IMG/VR virus record: IMGVR_UViG_3300020331_000002
Length of the DNA stretch: 64,000 nucleotides
Direction: 5' to 3' (one strand)
Origin: a virus
Lineage: Duplodnaviria > Caudoviricetes
Of this stretch, positions 55,191 to 64,000 are shown in pieces. Below the pieces are notes generated by a model that made no database searches, was not told the DNA's origin, and saw only the letters and a list, made by a program, of their open reading frames with translations. Each line of letters starts with the position of its first letter. The stretch's first letter is position 1. Both the position numbers and the translations under genes were made by a program.

Positions 55191-55514
55191 ATGACAAACG
55201 CAAACACTAACGTAAAAACTACTTTTAACGCTGTTCGTACTGCTAATGGTTATGACTACACTCACGTTAACCAAGACGGTGCGCAACACAAAATGACTTT
55301 TGTGTGGAAGAAAGGCACTCGCGGTAACCCAATACACCTTAAGGTTGCTGACGACAACAAAGCAGTTCTTTCACTAATGATCGGCGGTGCTAAGACGCGT
55401 GCTGATGCTGATAAAAAAGCTCGTGACTATATCCAAAAGCACAACCTACGTAAACAGCTTCGTGATTGGGCGAAAGGCAAAATTGATCGTCCGATGCTTG
55501 TTAAAGCGAAGTAA
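55191..55514 (+). CDS. hypothetical basic protein (early)
   Basis: 107 aa, highly biased codons, promoter at 55092-55119. Confidence 0.75.
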   Translation: MTNANTNVKTTFNAVRTANGYDYTHVNQDGAQHKMTFVWKKGTRGNPIHLKVADDNKAVLSLMIGGAKTRADADKKARDYIQKHNLRKQLRDWAKGKIDRPMLVKAK

Positions 55515-55526
55515 TTAATAATTTAC

Positions 55527-55554
55527 AAAAGCCTACTTTTATAGTAGGCTTTTT
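55527..55554. terminator. bidirectional terminator
   Basis: AAAAGCCTACT-TTTAT-AGTAGGCTTTT. Confidence 0.75.
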
Positions 55555-55574
55555 CATACCTGATATACGAAGGA

Positions 55575-55784
55575 ATGAATATGAAAAAAACTAATCCAGC
55601 CATTTTAGCAGTGTACAAGAGATGCCAACAGGGCGACAATTCTGCTCGTAAGGAGCTCGTAGAACATCACAAAAAGAAGTTTCCGCGCCACAGCATTCAC
55701 GCTAGCAAAGAAAACTTCGACACTATGTTGAGCTCTAACGGCGCTCCTAAGTTTTATCATATGCTGTACTTGCACCTAACTTAA
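55575..55784 (+). CDS. hypothetical protein
   Basis: 69 aa. Confidence 0.6.
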   Translation: MNMKKTNPAILAVYKRCQQGDNSARKELVEHHKKKFPRHSIHASKENFDTMLSSNGAPKFYHMLYLHLT

Positions 55785-55877
55785 TCAAACAGAAATTCTT
55801 TTTGAAAAAGTCTTGCGGCTGTCATTGTTTCATCTATAATAGATTATGTAAGTTGATTTATTAAAAAGGTTGAAATT

Positions 55878-56078
55878 ATGACACAGTTACTAGCAGATAT
55901 CAAAGCGTTTTGTTTAGCACACTACGAAGAAGGTTATGATTCTTGTGTAGAGTGCTGGGACGACAAAGATTATGTTGAGTTCATCGAAGAGTGGGGTGTC
56001 AAATCAGTTGACGATTTTGTTAAAGAATACGCCCCGATAATCAGTCACGCTAACGAAATCCGCAGCACTGCCTTTTAG
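55878..56078 (+). CDS. hypothetical protein (early)
   Basis: 66 aa, promoter at 55813-55841. Confidence 0.7.
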   Translation: MTQLLADIKAFCLAHYEEGYDSCVECWDDKDYVEFIEEWGVKSVDDFVKEYAPIISHANEIRSTAF

Positions 56079-56097
56079 TGCTGCAAGGAGTCTTGAT

Positions 56098-56388
56098 ATG
56101 CCATCGCCAAATATACCGCAAGAACTTCGTCAAGCTTGGGCCGAAATACATGGGTTCAAGCTACGTGAAATGATCAAAGCCGAATGCCCTGATGTTGAAG
56201 TACGTTCGTGTGACTCAAAACGACGTCACTATAAACTGAAAGGCAAAGTGCGAACTGTCAACTTGTACGCGTCAACGGGTACAATATCAGTCGAACCGCA
56301 CGGTGATATGAAAGGTTTTAACCAACGTTTAATGATGCCAGAACGCGCAATTAAACGAGCTGTTACTATAGCGAACATCGGCTACTAA
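56098..56388 (+). CDS. hypothetical protein
   Basis: 96 aa, AAGGAG RBS. Confidence 0.7.
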   Translation: MPSPNIPQELRQAWAEIHGFKLREMIKAECPDVEVRSCDSKRRHYKLKGKVRTVNLYASTGTISVEPHGDMKGFNQRLMMPERAIKRAVTIANIGY

Positions 56389-56412
56389 AAACTGTCACTT
56401 ATTTCAGCCAAC

Positions 56413-56440
56413 AAAAAAGCCGCTCGAAAGCGGCTTTTTT
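56413..56440. terminator. bidirectional terminator
   Basis: A6-GCCGCT-CGAA-AGCGGC-T6. Confidence 0.85.
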
Positions 56441-56462
56441 CATCTTAGCTATTCAACTAGGA

Positions 56463-59279
56463 TTATGAGTTGCGGTATTCAACTACAACCACACCTGCAC
56501 CTTCTGTCGCGCCATTCGGAGTAACAGTGAACTGAGCAGTAACGTCAGAGCCACCCACAGTAACAAGAGGAGTAGTTTCGAACACACCTTGTACTTCAGG
56601 ATCGTTTTCGTCAGCTGACATGTACACCACAGCAGAGCTGTCGTCGAACAATACTTCAGCAGCAGTATCAGCGATGCTGTTAACTTTGAAGCTAACGCGC
56701 ATAACAGTAGATCCTGCAGGGATAGTACCAAGTGACACAGTGCCCGCCGCAGTTAGATCAACAGCCGCACTTAGTGAAGCAATAGATCCAGGTACTACGT
56801 TACCAGCAATTTCTTCGTCAACGTATGCTTTGGTTACAAGCGTTGTATCAGTACCAGAAGTACGGATGTCAGCAGCAACGTCAGCAGAGTCGTTAGCGAT
56901 GTCGATTAGACCAGTACCCTTAGTAGCAAGAGTAAGACCAACATCAGTGTCAGAACCAGTTGCGCGTAATACAGGAGCAACGCCAGCAGCACCAGCAACA
57001 AACTCAAGGTTGTTTACCGCGCCTGCAGGAGAGTTAGCAACTTCAGCAACAAGGTTGCCGTTCGCGTCAATTAGCTTAACAGTACCGTTGGTACCTGTGC
57101 CAGAAGCAGAACCACCACGTAGTTCAACATCACCAGCTTGGCCGTCTTCAGCAGCACCACCAGAGATTACAACATCACCAGCGTTTTGGTTACCGGTGTT
57201 TTCACCAGCCTCAATTACAAGAGACTCACCAGTGTCGGCAGTAATTGCACCCGCGCCGCCAGAACCAATAATTACTTCGCCAGAGCCGTTAGGAAGAAGA
57301 ACTAAGTCTTGGTCCGCGCCTAGTGTAGTAATAGTGTTTCCAGAGATGTTGATGTCTGCAACATCTAGGCCGCCAGCAGCGTCGATGTCAACTTTGTCAT
57401 TTACTGAGTCGTAAATTACGCCAGCGCTTTGGTCGAAATCACCACTTGCGTCAGTGAATACTAGACCACCATCTACTGTAAGAGTAGAGTCAGCAAGACC
57501 AGCCGCAGAGAATGTGCCGCCAACTGATAGGTTACCAACAACATCAGCGTCGCCGCCTACGTCAAGGTTACCAGAGAAATCACCAGCGCCAGTTACTGTT
57601 AGTACGCCTGCAGAAAACGCCAGTGCCGCGTCGTCAACAAGTTGTCCATTAGCGCCAGCAAGTACTAGGCGACCAGAGGTTAAGTTAGCAGCTTCAACAG
57701 TGTCACCTTTAACAACTGTAGAAGAAAGTGCACCAGTAGCAGAGTCGAACGTAAAGGCTGCGTCGTCAACTAGTTGGCCGTTAGCGCCTGCAAATACTAC
57801 ACGACCTTCAGCAAGGTTAGATGCAATAATTTGGTTAGCTTGTAGGCCAGATGCATCCCAAACACCTGCTTGTACGCCATCAACAGTAATAGTGATCGCG
57901 CCAGTTCCTGAATCAGATACTGCTACACTTGTATCGCCTTCTTCAATAGAGTTAGCAGACGTGTAGTTGTCGCCGATATAAGTACCAAGCGTGTCAAGAG
58001 TTACTTTTTCGTTTGCGCCAGTTGAAGCGTTAAAGAACACAACTTCGTCTAGTACATCAAGAGCTTCTGCCGCAGCAGTTAAGCCATTAATGTCAAGACC
58101 AACAGTCATGTTACCAGATACGCCGTCGCCGTTAGCGATTACGATACCAGCTTCATCAGCAGCACTAGATGCTTCTAGTGTACGAGATGCATAAGTACCA
58201 GCCGCTGTGCGAACTAGAATGCCGTCAGCAGTCGCGCTTACTAGGTCTTTGTCGGCCAATAGTTGGTTGAAAGAGATCTTTTCAATTGTACCGCCGTTGT
58301 TAACGATAACTTCTTGTGAACCGTCAGCCGGTGCAGTTACCGCAGCAAGTGAAGCAAAGTCAAAAGAAAGAGTTGGGTCGCCAGCGATGCCGTCTGCGTT
58401 AGTCCATACTAGGCCGTCACCTGATTGGAAAGTACGAGATGCATAAGTGTCGTCAGCAGTGCGTGCAACGAAACCATCTGCGCTGATGCCTTTAACTACG
58501 TCAAGCGAGTTGATCATGCTTGCGATAGTAGTCTTAGCCATTGTGCCAGTTGACGCGTCGTAAATTGCGATTTCGTCAGCTTCAGCAGCCACAGCAGACG
58601 CAAGACCAACAGTGTAGTCTAGTTCAACAGTGTTGCCGGTTAGGCTAATACCAGTGTCAGTATTGATTTGGCCAGCTTCAGAGAACTGAACCCAAACAAT
58701 TGCATCAGTGTTAAGATCAATAAGACCAGAACCTTGAACCACCCAACCAGTAGTTGCGCCAGCGGCACCTTGTTCTACGAATACGAAGTTACCGGCTGAA
58801 ACTTCAGCAGCAGGTGAACCGTCTTGGTCCAATGCACGTTGCCATACGCCGTCAGCGCCAGTACCCGCTGTAACTACTTCGTAGATACCATTTTGTAGAG
58901 TGTCAGTTTGGTTCTTAACAAGAACACGATCACCGTCTACAAGAGTTTCGCCGTCTACTACATTAGGAGCAGCAGTAAAGCCACCAGTAGAGTTAGCACC
59001 AGCTGATGCGTCGTAAGTTGCGCCAAGGTCAGCAGTAGTCGCAACACGCACTGAGCCTTTAGGGTCAAGACCAGCAGAAAGGCTGTCTACATACTCTTTA
59101 GTCGTTGCGTCAGATGCGTTTACCGGTGTTGCAACTTGTACACGAGACAGTGTAGAACCATCTTTCGCTGTAGCCTTAAAGGTACCATTGGCTGTGTCAA
59201 ATCCTAGTTTACCGCCGCCTTTGCCAAGCTGTAAACTAGAGCCAACACCCTTAATGCTATAATTAATAATATCAGACAT
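56463..59279 (-). CDS. large Gly/Ala/Thr-rich virion structural (fibre/decoration) protein
   Basis: DATTKEYVD, SVRVATT, DRVLVKNQ....NGIY motifs; start re-called at MSDII (AAGGAG RBS); strong highly-expressed codon bias. Confidence 0.8.
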   Translation of the reverse strand: MSDIINYSIKGVGSSLQLGKGGGKLGFDTANGTFKATAKDGSTLSRVQVATPVNASDATTKEYVDSLSAGLDPKGSVRVATTADLGATYDASAGANSTGGFTAAPNVVDGETLVDGDRVLVKNQTDTLQNGIYEVVTAGTGADGVWQRALDQDGSPAAEVSAGNFVFVEQGAAGATTGWVVQGSGLIDLNTDAIVWVQFSEAGQINTDTGISLTGNTVELDYTVGLASAVAAEADEIAIYDASTGTMAKTTIASMINSLDVVKGISADGFVARTADDTYASRTFQSGDGLVWTNADGIAGDPTLSFDFASLAAVTAPADGSQEVIVNNGGTIEKISFNQLLADKDLVSATADGILVRTAAGTYASRTLEASSAADEAGIVIANGDGVSGNMTVGLDINGLTAAAEALDVLDEVVFFNASTGANEKVTLDTLGTYIGDNYTSANSIEEGDTSVAVSDSGTGAITITVDGVQAGVWDASGLQANQIIASNLAEGRVVFAGANGQLVDDAAFTFDSATGALSSTVVKGDTVEAANLTSGRLVLAGANGQLVDDAALAFSAGVLTVTGAGDFSGNLDVGGDADVVGNLSVGGTFSAAGLADSTLTVDGGLVFTDASGDFDQSAGVIYDSVNDKVDIDAAGGLDVADINISGNTITTLGADQDLVLLPNGSGEVIIGSGGAGAITADTGESLVIEAGENTGNQNAGDVVISGGAAEDGQAGDVELRGGSASGTGTNGTVKLIDANGNLVAEVANSPAGAVNNLEFVAGAAGVAPVLRATGSDTDVGLTLATKGTGLIDIANDSADVAADIRTSGTDTTLVTKAYVDEEIAGNVVPGSIASLSAAVDLTAAGTVSLGTIPAGSTVMRVSFKVNSIADTAAEVLFDDSSAVVYMSADENDPEVQGVFETTPLVTVGGSDVTAQFTVTPNGATEGAGVVVVEYRNS

Positions 59280-59420
59280 TTTTACTCCTTGTTTAAGTAA
59301 TTGATCAATCACTTGCTAGCTTGTCTTGCTAGCATACTTTATTTCCTAAAGTCGCTATTATTTAGCAACTCATGTATTTTAACGTATCAAAACAGGGTCA
59401 TTTGACCGTTTTAACTTTGG

Positions 59421-60542
59421 TTATTCTTGTACCAAGAACACACCGTCTTGATCACGCGCTCCGGATTTATTGGAACCCACTATATATCCATGATACATAT
59501 TAACGTTATTGCCACGAGCACCTGAAAACCTAACCGTGCCGTCATCGTCAACCCATGTTCCGTAAGACTTACTGTCAGGCTCAGAACCGCCGGTAATACC
59601 AAACGTGTCGTGCCAGTTTTGTAGTTCTTCTACACTAAGTGGTCCAGCCGGGGCTCTATTTGTAATTTCAAAGGATCTACCAAAGAAATTAAAAAGCAGT
59701 TCTTCAACTTCTTCCGGTGTTGCTAAACGCAACCCAGCATATTTCGGATCACTTGTTGCTGTATTGATAGGCACAGCGTCAGTGTAAATCAAGCGAAGCC
59801 ATTTAAGTCCTGTAACCGGATCGGTATAGAAGTTACTTGGATTAAAATTGCCGCGTGGGAACGGCGGTGTTTGATCTATATAAGTAGGTTTCGTGCCATT
59901 TCTTACTAAGAAAACCCCGTAATTTGAGTGCTGTTCAGATTCAGCGTGGCGCCAATCATAAACTGTGCCGTCAGGCCATAAGCCGCCAGAGCCTGTACCG
60001 TCTGTTACCGACGGTTGATCAGATGCGTATTCGTACCACCAGCCGTAGGCTGCTCTACTAACGTATCCTATGTACTCTTTAAAGGCTTCCCTAACGTCTG
60101 GAGGCACAGCTTTGCTATATGCGCTGAGGCCAGGAGTGGGGTCAAACAAAAAATCAGTAAAAGTCTGGTCAGTATCCAGGATAATGTTGTTAAAGAAAGT
60201 GATTACTTCCCAGTTATTTGCTACTCGCCATCCACTGTATTCAGTCGCAAGTAATGCTTCTACGTCCGGGATAGACTTGGTAATAGTAGCTGGCATTTTA
60301 AGCCAGTCTAATCCGGTGTAATAGTCGCTGGTGACCAAGCCATCGCCTGCCTGCCAGTCGCTGTGACCGAAGCCCGACGTCTGATCCCCATCTGGTTCAG
60401 TCGGTAGTGACCCGTTTTCTTTGTAATATAATACTTCTGATTTAATTCTTGGCACTTTGTCATTCCTCACTACGGGCATATTGATTGGATCTGGTGATTT
60501 TAGCTTATGTGGTCTTACCGGACCTCTAAATCTAATTGGCAT
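59421..60542 (-). CDS. tandem paralog 1: conserved N-terminus plus two DUF1566-like (D..TGL.W) domains
   Basis: MPIRFRGPVRP..., DYYTGLDWL, DPVTGLKWL. Confidence 0.65.
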   Translation of the reverse strand: MPIRFRGPVRPHKLKSPDPINMPVVRNDKVPRIKSEVLYYKENGSLPTEPDGDQTSGFGHSDWQAGDGLVTSDYYTGLDWLKMPATITKSIPDVEALLATEYSGWRVANNWEVITFFNNIILDTDQTFTDFLFDPTPGLSAYSKAVPPDVREAFKEYIGYVSRAAYGWWYEYASDQPSVTDGTGSGGLWPDGTVYDWRHAESEQHSNYGVFLVRNGTKPTYIDQTPPFPRGNFNPSNFYTDPVTGLKWLRLIYTDAVPINTATSDPKYAGLRLATPEEVEELLFNFFGRSFEITNRAPAGPLSVEELQNWHDTFGITGGSEPDSKSYGTWVDDDGTVRFSGARGNNVNMYHGYIVGSNKSGARDQDGVFLVQE

Positions 60543-60556
60543 AATAGTTCCTTATA

Positions 60557-61675
60557 TTATTCTTGTACTAAGAATACGCCGTCTTGGCCACGCGCGGTAG
60601 ATGTATCTGAGCCCGTGTCATATCCGTGATATATATCGTTTAGATTTAGTGTGCCCGTTAGCCTAATTATACCGTTCTCGTCAAGCCATGCGCCGTAAGA
60701 TTCACCTAAACCTCTGCTAGCACCAGTGACACCAAACGTGTCTTGCCAATTTTCTCGTTCTTCCACACTAAGTGATCCAGACGGAGTGCCATTTGAAATC
60801 ACAAAGGACCTACCAAAGAAATTAAAAAGCAGTTCTTCAACTTCTTCTGGTGTTACTAGTCGCAAGCCTGCATATTTCGGATCGCTTGTTGCTTCATCGA
60901 TAGTCACAGCAATTGTGTAATTCAAGCGAAGCCATTTAAGCCCAGTTACCGGATCAGTATAGAAGTTACTTGCATTAAAGTTGCCGCGCGGGAACGGCGG
61001 TGTTTGGTCTACATATGTAGGTTTCGTACCGTTTCTTACTAAGAATACACCGGTGGCCGCCCGTTGTTCAGATGCGTCGTAACGCCAGTCGTATAATGAT
61101 GTATTAGACCATACGCCGCCACCGCCTATACCGTCTGTTACCGACGGTTGATCAGATGCGTATTCGTACCACCAGCCGTACGCAACACTGCCATCAGGTG
61201 AACCGATCCACTCTCTAAGTGCTGTGGCTACTACTACGGTTACATCGTTGTTCACAGCGGGAGCGCCGGGCGCTGGGTCACCTAAGTTAGTAAATTCAGG
61301 ATCAGCATGCACTATTATGTTATTAAAAAATGATATGACTTCCCAGTTGTTTGCTATACGCCAGCCAGAATATGTAGTCGCAAGTAATGCTTCTACGTCC
61401 GGGATAGATTTACCAACGGTTGCCGGCATTTTAAGCCAGTCTAATCCGGTGTAGTAATCGTGCGTGACAAGTCCGTCGCCTGCCTGCCAGTCGCTGTGAC
61501 CGAATCCTGACGTCTGGACTCCATCAGGTTCAGTCGGTAGTGACCCGTTTTCTTTATAATACAATACATCGGATTTAATTCTCGGCACTTTGTCATTCCT
61601 CACTACAGGCATATTGATTGGATCTGGTGATTTTAATTTACGTGGCCTCACCGGGCCTCTAAATCTAATTGGCAT
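60557..61675 (-). CDS. tandem paralog 2: two DUF1566-like domains
   Basis: Same architecture as paralog 1. Confidence 0.65.
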   Translation of the reverse strand: MPIRFRGPVRPRKLKSPDPINMPVVRNDKVPRIKSDVLYYKENGSLPTEPDGVQTSGFGHSDWQAGDGLVTHDYYTGLDWLKMPATVGKSIPDVEALLATTYSGWRIANNWEVISFFNNIIVHADPEFTNLGDPAPGAPAVNNDVTVVVATALREWIGSPDGSVAYGWWYEYASDQPSVTDGIGGGGVWSNTSLYDWRYDASEQRAATGVFLVRNGTKPTYVDQTPPFPRGNFNASNFYTDPVTGLKWLRLNYTIAVTIDEATSDPKYAGLRLVTPEEVEELLFNFFGRSFVISNGTPSGSLSVEERENWQDTFGVTGASRGLGESYGAWLDENGIIRLTGTLNLNDIYHGYDTGSDTSTARGQDGVFLVQE

Positions 61676-61873
61676 TATTTTGATACCTTTATTATTCTTC
61701 CAGTGCTATCTCGAAACAGTATAAGTATTTAAGATATATCATCTAGTTACGTGTTAGTGTGCCAGGATAAAATCCCAGCACACTACGAGCACAGTGTCGT
61801 ATTAGACGCGCACATCAGTGAGACCTGTCGCTATTCCGTGTTTCATATGCGCTTGTTTATTCACCAGTATTTA

Positions 61874-63460
61874 CTATCGTTTGATTAGGAATATTCCCAA
61901 TCTTGCATCAGGCGATGCAAGACCTGTACCGTAATCATAGCGGTGATGGAATTGCAGTGTACTTCTTGAACCCGATAGCAAACGAGAGCCTTGATCGTCA
62001 AGCCACATAGCACCAGCGAAGCCGTTTGAATTCACACCCATAGCCGATTCCCATGCTTGTTCTTCTTCGTTAGTAATCGACCCACTGTAAGTAAACGTGT
62101 TAGGCGGAAGATCTCTACCTATAATGCGCCTAATCATCGGGTCTATTTCTGCATCAGTTGCCAAGCGCAGGCCAACGAAGCGGTAATCGGTATTGATGCT
62201 TTCGAAACTCTGGCCAGTTGAATTTGGTATTTTAAGCCATTCAAGACCAGAAACCGGATCAACATAAAAGTCTTCGTCAGTAAATGCCGGTTTTCTGTTT
62301 CCGTCACGAACAAGGTAAATAGAATCTCCACGGTTGTTCTGGTCTTTATAAACATTGTAAGTCGCATTGTTGTGGTGATGAGTATATTCGTAATATAACG
62401 GTATGCTACTTGAGCTGAAGTTGGCGGCACCTGTCATGTAGGCAACATCATCATCGCCTATATATTCACCAAAGACTGCGCCTGTCTTTCCGGGGTTAGT
62501 TAGTGCATCCGAAAATCTACCGTAAACGGCAGATCCCATATTACCGACGGCAGGCATGTTGTAATTAGGCGTTGGAAGATAGCCAACCAAGTCTTCAACA
62601 AGTTCGTTAACTTCGGTTTCTGTCGCTATACGTAAACCCGCATACTCGGGCTTGGATAGTACATCATTTAACACCTCATCGATTGAATAGTTAAGCTTGA
62701 GCCATTCCACACCGGTCTTGAAGTCAACATAAAACTTCGCAGGACCGTAATTGCCGCGCGGGAACAACGGCATTTGATCAGCGTAGGTCGGTGTGGTACC
62801 GTTTCTTACAAGGAAAACACCTGTATTCGCCCTCGCAGTAGACGAGCTATATCTATAATCATACACAGTGCCGTTTTGCCATACGCCACCACCGCCTATA
62901 CCGTCTGTTACCGACGGTTGATCGGAAGAATACTCGTAGTACCATCCGTATGCTGCGGAAGACACATAGCCGATGTACTCTCTTAAGGCATTGTCTATAT
63001 TTGTGGCCAGACTCTTGGTTACGCTAGGCGACCCAGGAGTCGGGTCAAATAAATTGTTGGGATCAAATGTCGGCTCAGTATCTATTATCATATTGTTAAA
63101 AAACGTTGCCACTTCGTAGTTGTTAGCTATACGCCAGCCAGGGTAGTCCGACGCAAGAGCCGCCTCTACCTCAGGTATAGTCATACCAGCAGTAGCTTGC
63201 ATCTTAAGCCAATCTAGTCCGGTATAATAGTCGCTGGTGACCAAGCCATCGCCGGCTTGCCAATCATTGTGGCCTATCCCCGCGACTAAGCCTTTATGCG
63301 TAACTGGGTTATCGTCTACCGGCAACGATCCGTTTTCCTTATAGTAAAGTACTTGTGATTTAATTCTCGGCACCTTTTCTCCCCTTATTGTAGGCATCGC
63401 AATCGGATCTGGTGATTTTAGTTTTCGTGGTCTCACCGGCCCACTAAATTTAATTGGCAT
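61874..63460 (-). CDS. tandem paralog 3: three DUF1566-like domains
   Basis: DYYTGLDWL, DFKTGVEWL, DPVSGLEWL. Confidence 0.65.
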   Translation of the reverse strand: MPIKFSGPVRPRKLKSPDPIAMPTIRGEKVPRIKSQVLYYKENGSLPVDDNPVTHKGLVAGIGHNDWQAGDGLVTSDYYTGLDWLKMQATAGMTIPEVEAALASDYPGWRIANNYEVATFFNNMIIDTEPTFDPNNLFDPTPGSPSVTKSLATNIDNALREYIGYVSSAAYGWYYEYSSDQPSVTDGIGGGGVWQNGTVYDYRYSSSTARANTGVFLVRNGTTPTYADQMPLFPRGNYGPAKFYVDFKTGVEWLKLNYSIDEVLNDVLSKPEYAGLRIATETEVNELVEDLVGYLPTPNYNMPAVGNMGSAVYGRFSDALTNPGKTGAVFGEYIGDDDVAYMTGAANFSSSSIPLYYEYTHHHNNATYNVYKDQNNRGDSIYLVRDGNRKPAFTDEDFYVDPVSGLEWLKIPNSTGQSFESINTDYRFVGLRLATDAEIDPMIRRIIGRDLPPNTFTYSGSITNEEEQAWESAMGVNSNGFAGAMWLDDQGSRLLSGSRSTLQFHHRYDYGTGLASPDARLGIFLIKR

Positions 63461-63475
63461 ATTAATTCCTTATAT

Positions 63476-64000
63476 TTATTCTTGTACTAAAAACACGCCG
63501 TCTTGATCACGCGCGGTGGATGTATCTGTACCCACGCCGTAACCATGATACATATAGCTTCTATAGTCGCGTGGACCGGTGATTTTGATCTCGCTGGTGC
63601 CGCCGGTATCGTCTATCCACGAGCCGTACGAGTTGCCAGCCGACGGACCGGTGATACCGAACGTGTCTTGCCATGCCACTCTTTTTTCAGTGGATAATCT
63701 GGTGGTCGGTGATCGAATTTGTTTAACAAACGATTTTCCGAAGAAGTTGAATAGTAATTCGTCAACTTCGGCTAACGTAACCATACGCATGCCCGCATAT
63801 TTTGGGTCGCTTATTACTTCATCGATAGGCACACCGGTTGTATGCGTTAATCGAAGCCATTTAAGTCCGGTAACCGGGTCAGTGTAAAAGTCACTTGGAT
63901 TAAAGTCACCTCCAGGTTCAGTCGGTAGTGACCCGTTTTCTTTATAATACAATACATCGGATTTAATTCTCGGCACTTTGTCATTCCTCACTACAGGCAT
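63476..64000 (-). CDS. tandem paralog 4 (5' end beyond window): one DUF1566-like domain
   Basis: Shares MPVVRNDKVPRIKSDVLYYKENGSLP; DPVTGLKWL. Confidence 0.65.
   Translation of the reverse strand: MPVVRNDKVPRIKSDVLYYKENGSLPTEPGGDFNPSDFYTDPVTGLKWLRLTHTTGVPIDEVISDPKYAGMRMVTLAEVDELLFNFFGKSFVKQIRSPTTRLSTEKRVAWQDTFGITGPSAGNSYGSWIDDTGGTSEIKITGPRDYRSYMYHGYGVGTDTSTARDQDGVFLVQE

Larger units (their letters stand above)
60394..64000. repeat. near-identical DNA repeats at 5' ends of paralogs (about 60394-60542, 61528-61675, 63915-64000)
   Basis: gttcagtcggtagtgacccgttttct... and ttaattct(t/c)ggcactttgtcattcctcactac shared. Confidence 0.9.

Noticed and set aside
44443-63887. Numerous plus-strand ORFs antisense to large virion genes
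   Set aside because: Antisense shadows caused by codon bias; no RBS or promoter support
59421-64000. Diversity-generating retroelement
   Set aside because: No reverse transcriptase or avd in the window, and differences between copies are not visibly restricted to adenines

Overview
This 64-kb segment comes from a large lytic dsDNA (jumbo-type) bacteriophage genome. The evidence is dense, mostly minus-strand ORFs, sigma70-like early promoters, T4-like TAAATA late-promoter motifs, UUCG terminators and virion genes. A marine gammaproteobacterial host is an inference from a PEP-CTERM gene. From 0-41 kb there is an accessory region of small hypothetical ORFs interleaved with 26 canonical tRNA genes and more than 10 non-canonical tRNA-like or structured RNAs. 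It also carries a family of late-promoter ORFs with a shared MRKLMNL-X-E N-terminus (candidate capsid-targeted internal proteins), an ArfA-like ORF missed by the ORF track, YqeY, SPFH, MazG-like and Toprim genes. From 42-64 kb there is a cytidyltransferase-like gene, a holin-like gene, large virion proteins (SPRY/LamG, RCC1), a lone response-regulator receiver, a plus-strand early-gene island and a tandem array of variable DUF1566-like paralogs. The best candidate for an undescribed system is a helix-bulge-helix RNA module with an invariant unpaired (U/G)AACAGCA(A). It occurs as four free-standing, promoter-driven copies at 40.86-41.51 kb and is also built, circularly permuted, into the anticodon arms of tRNA-like genes at 13.9 and 18.8 kb, with a variant at 19.8 kb. 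All structures were folded by eye, and protein calls come from motif recognition, not database searches.
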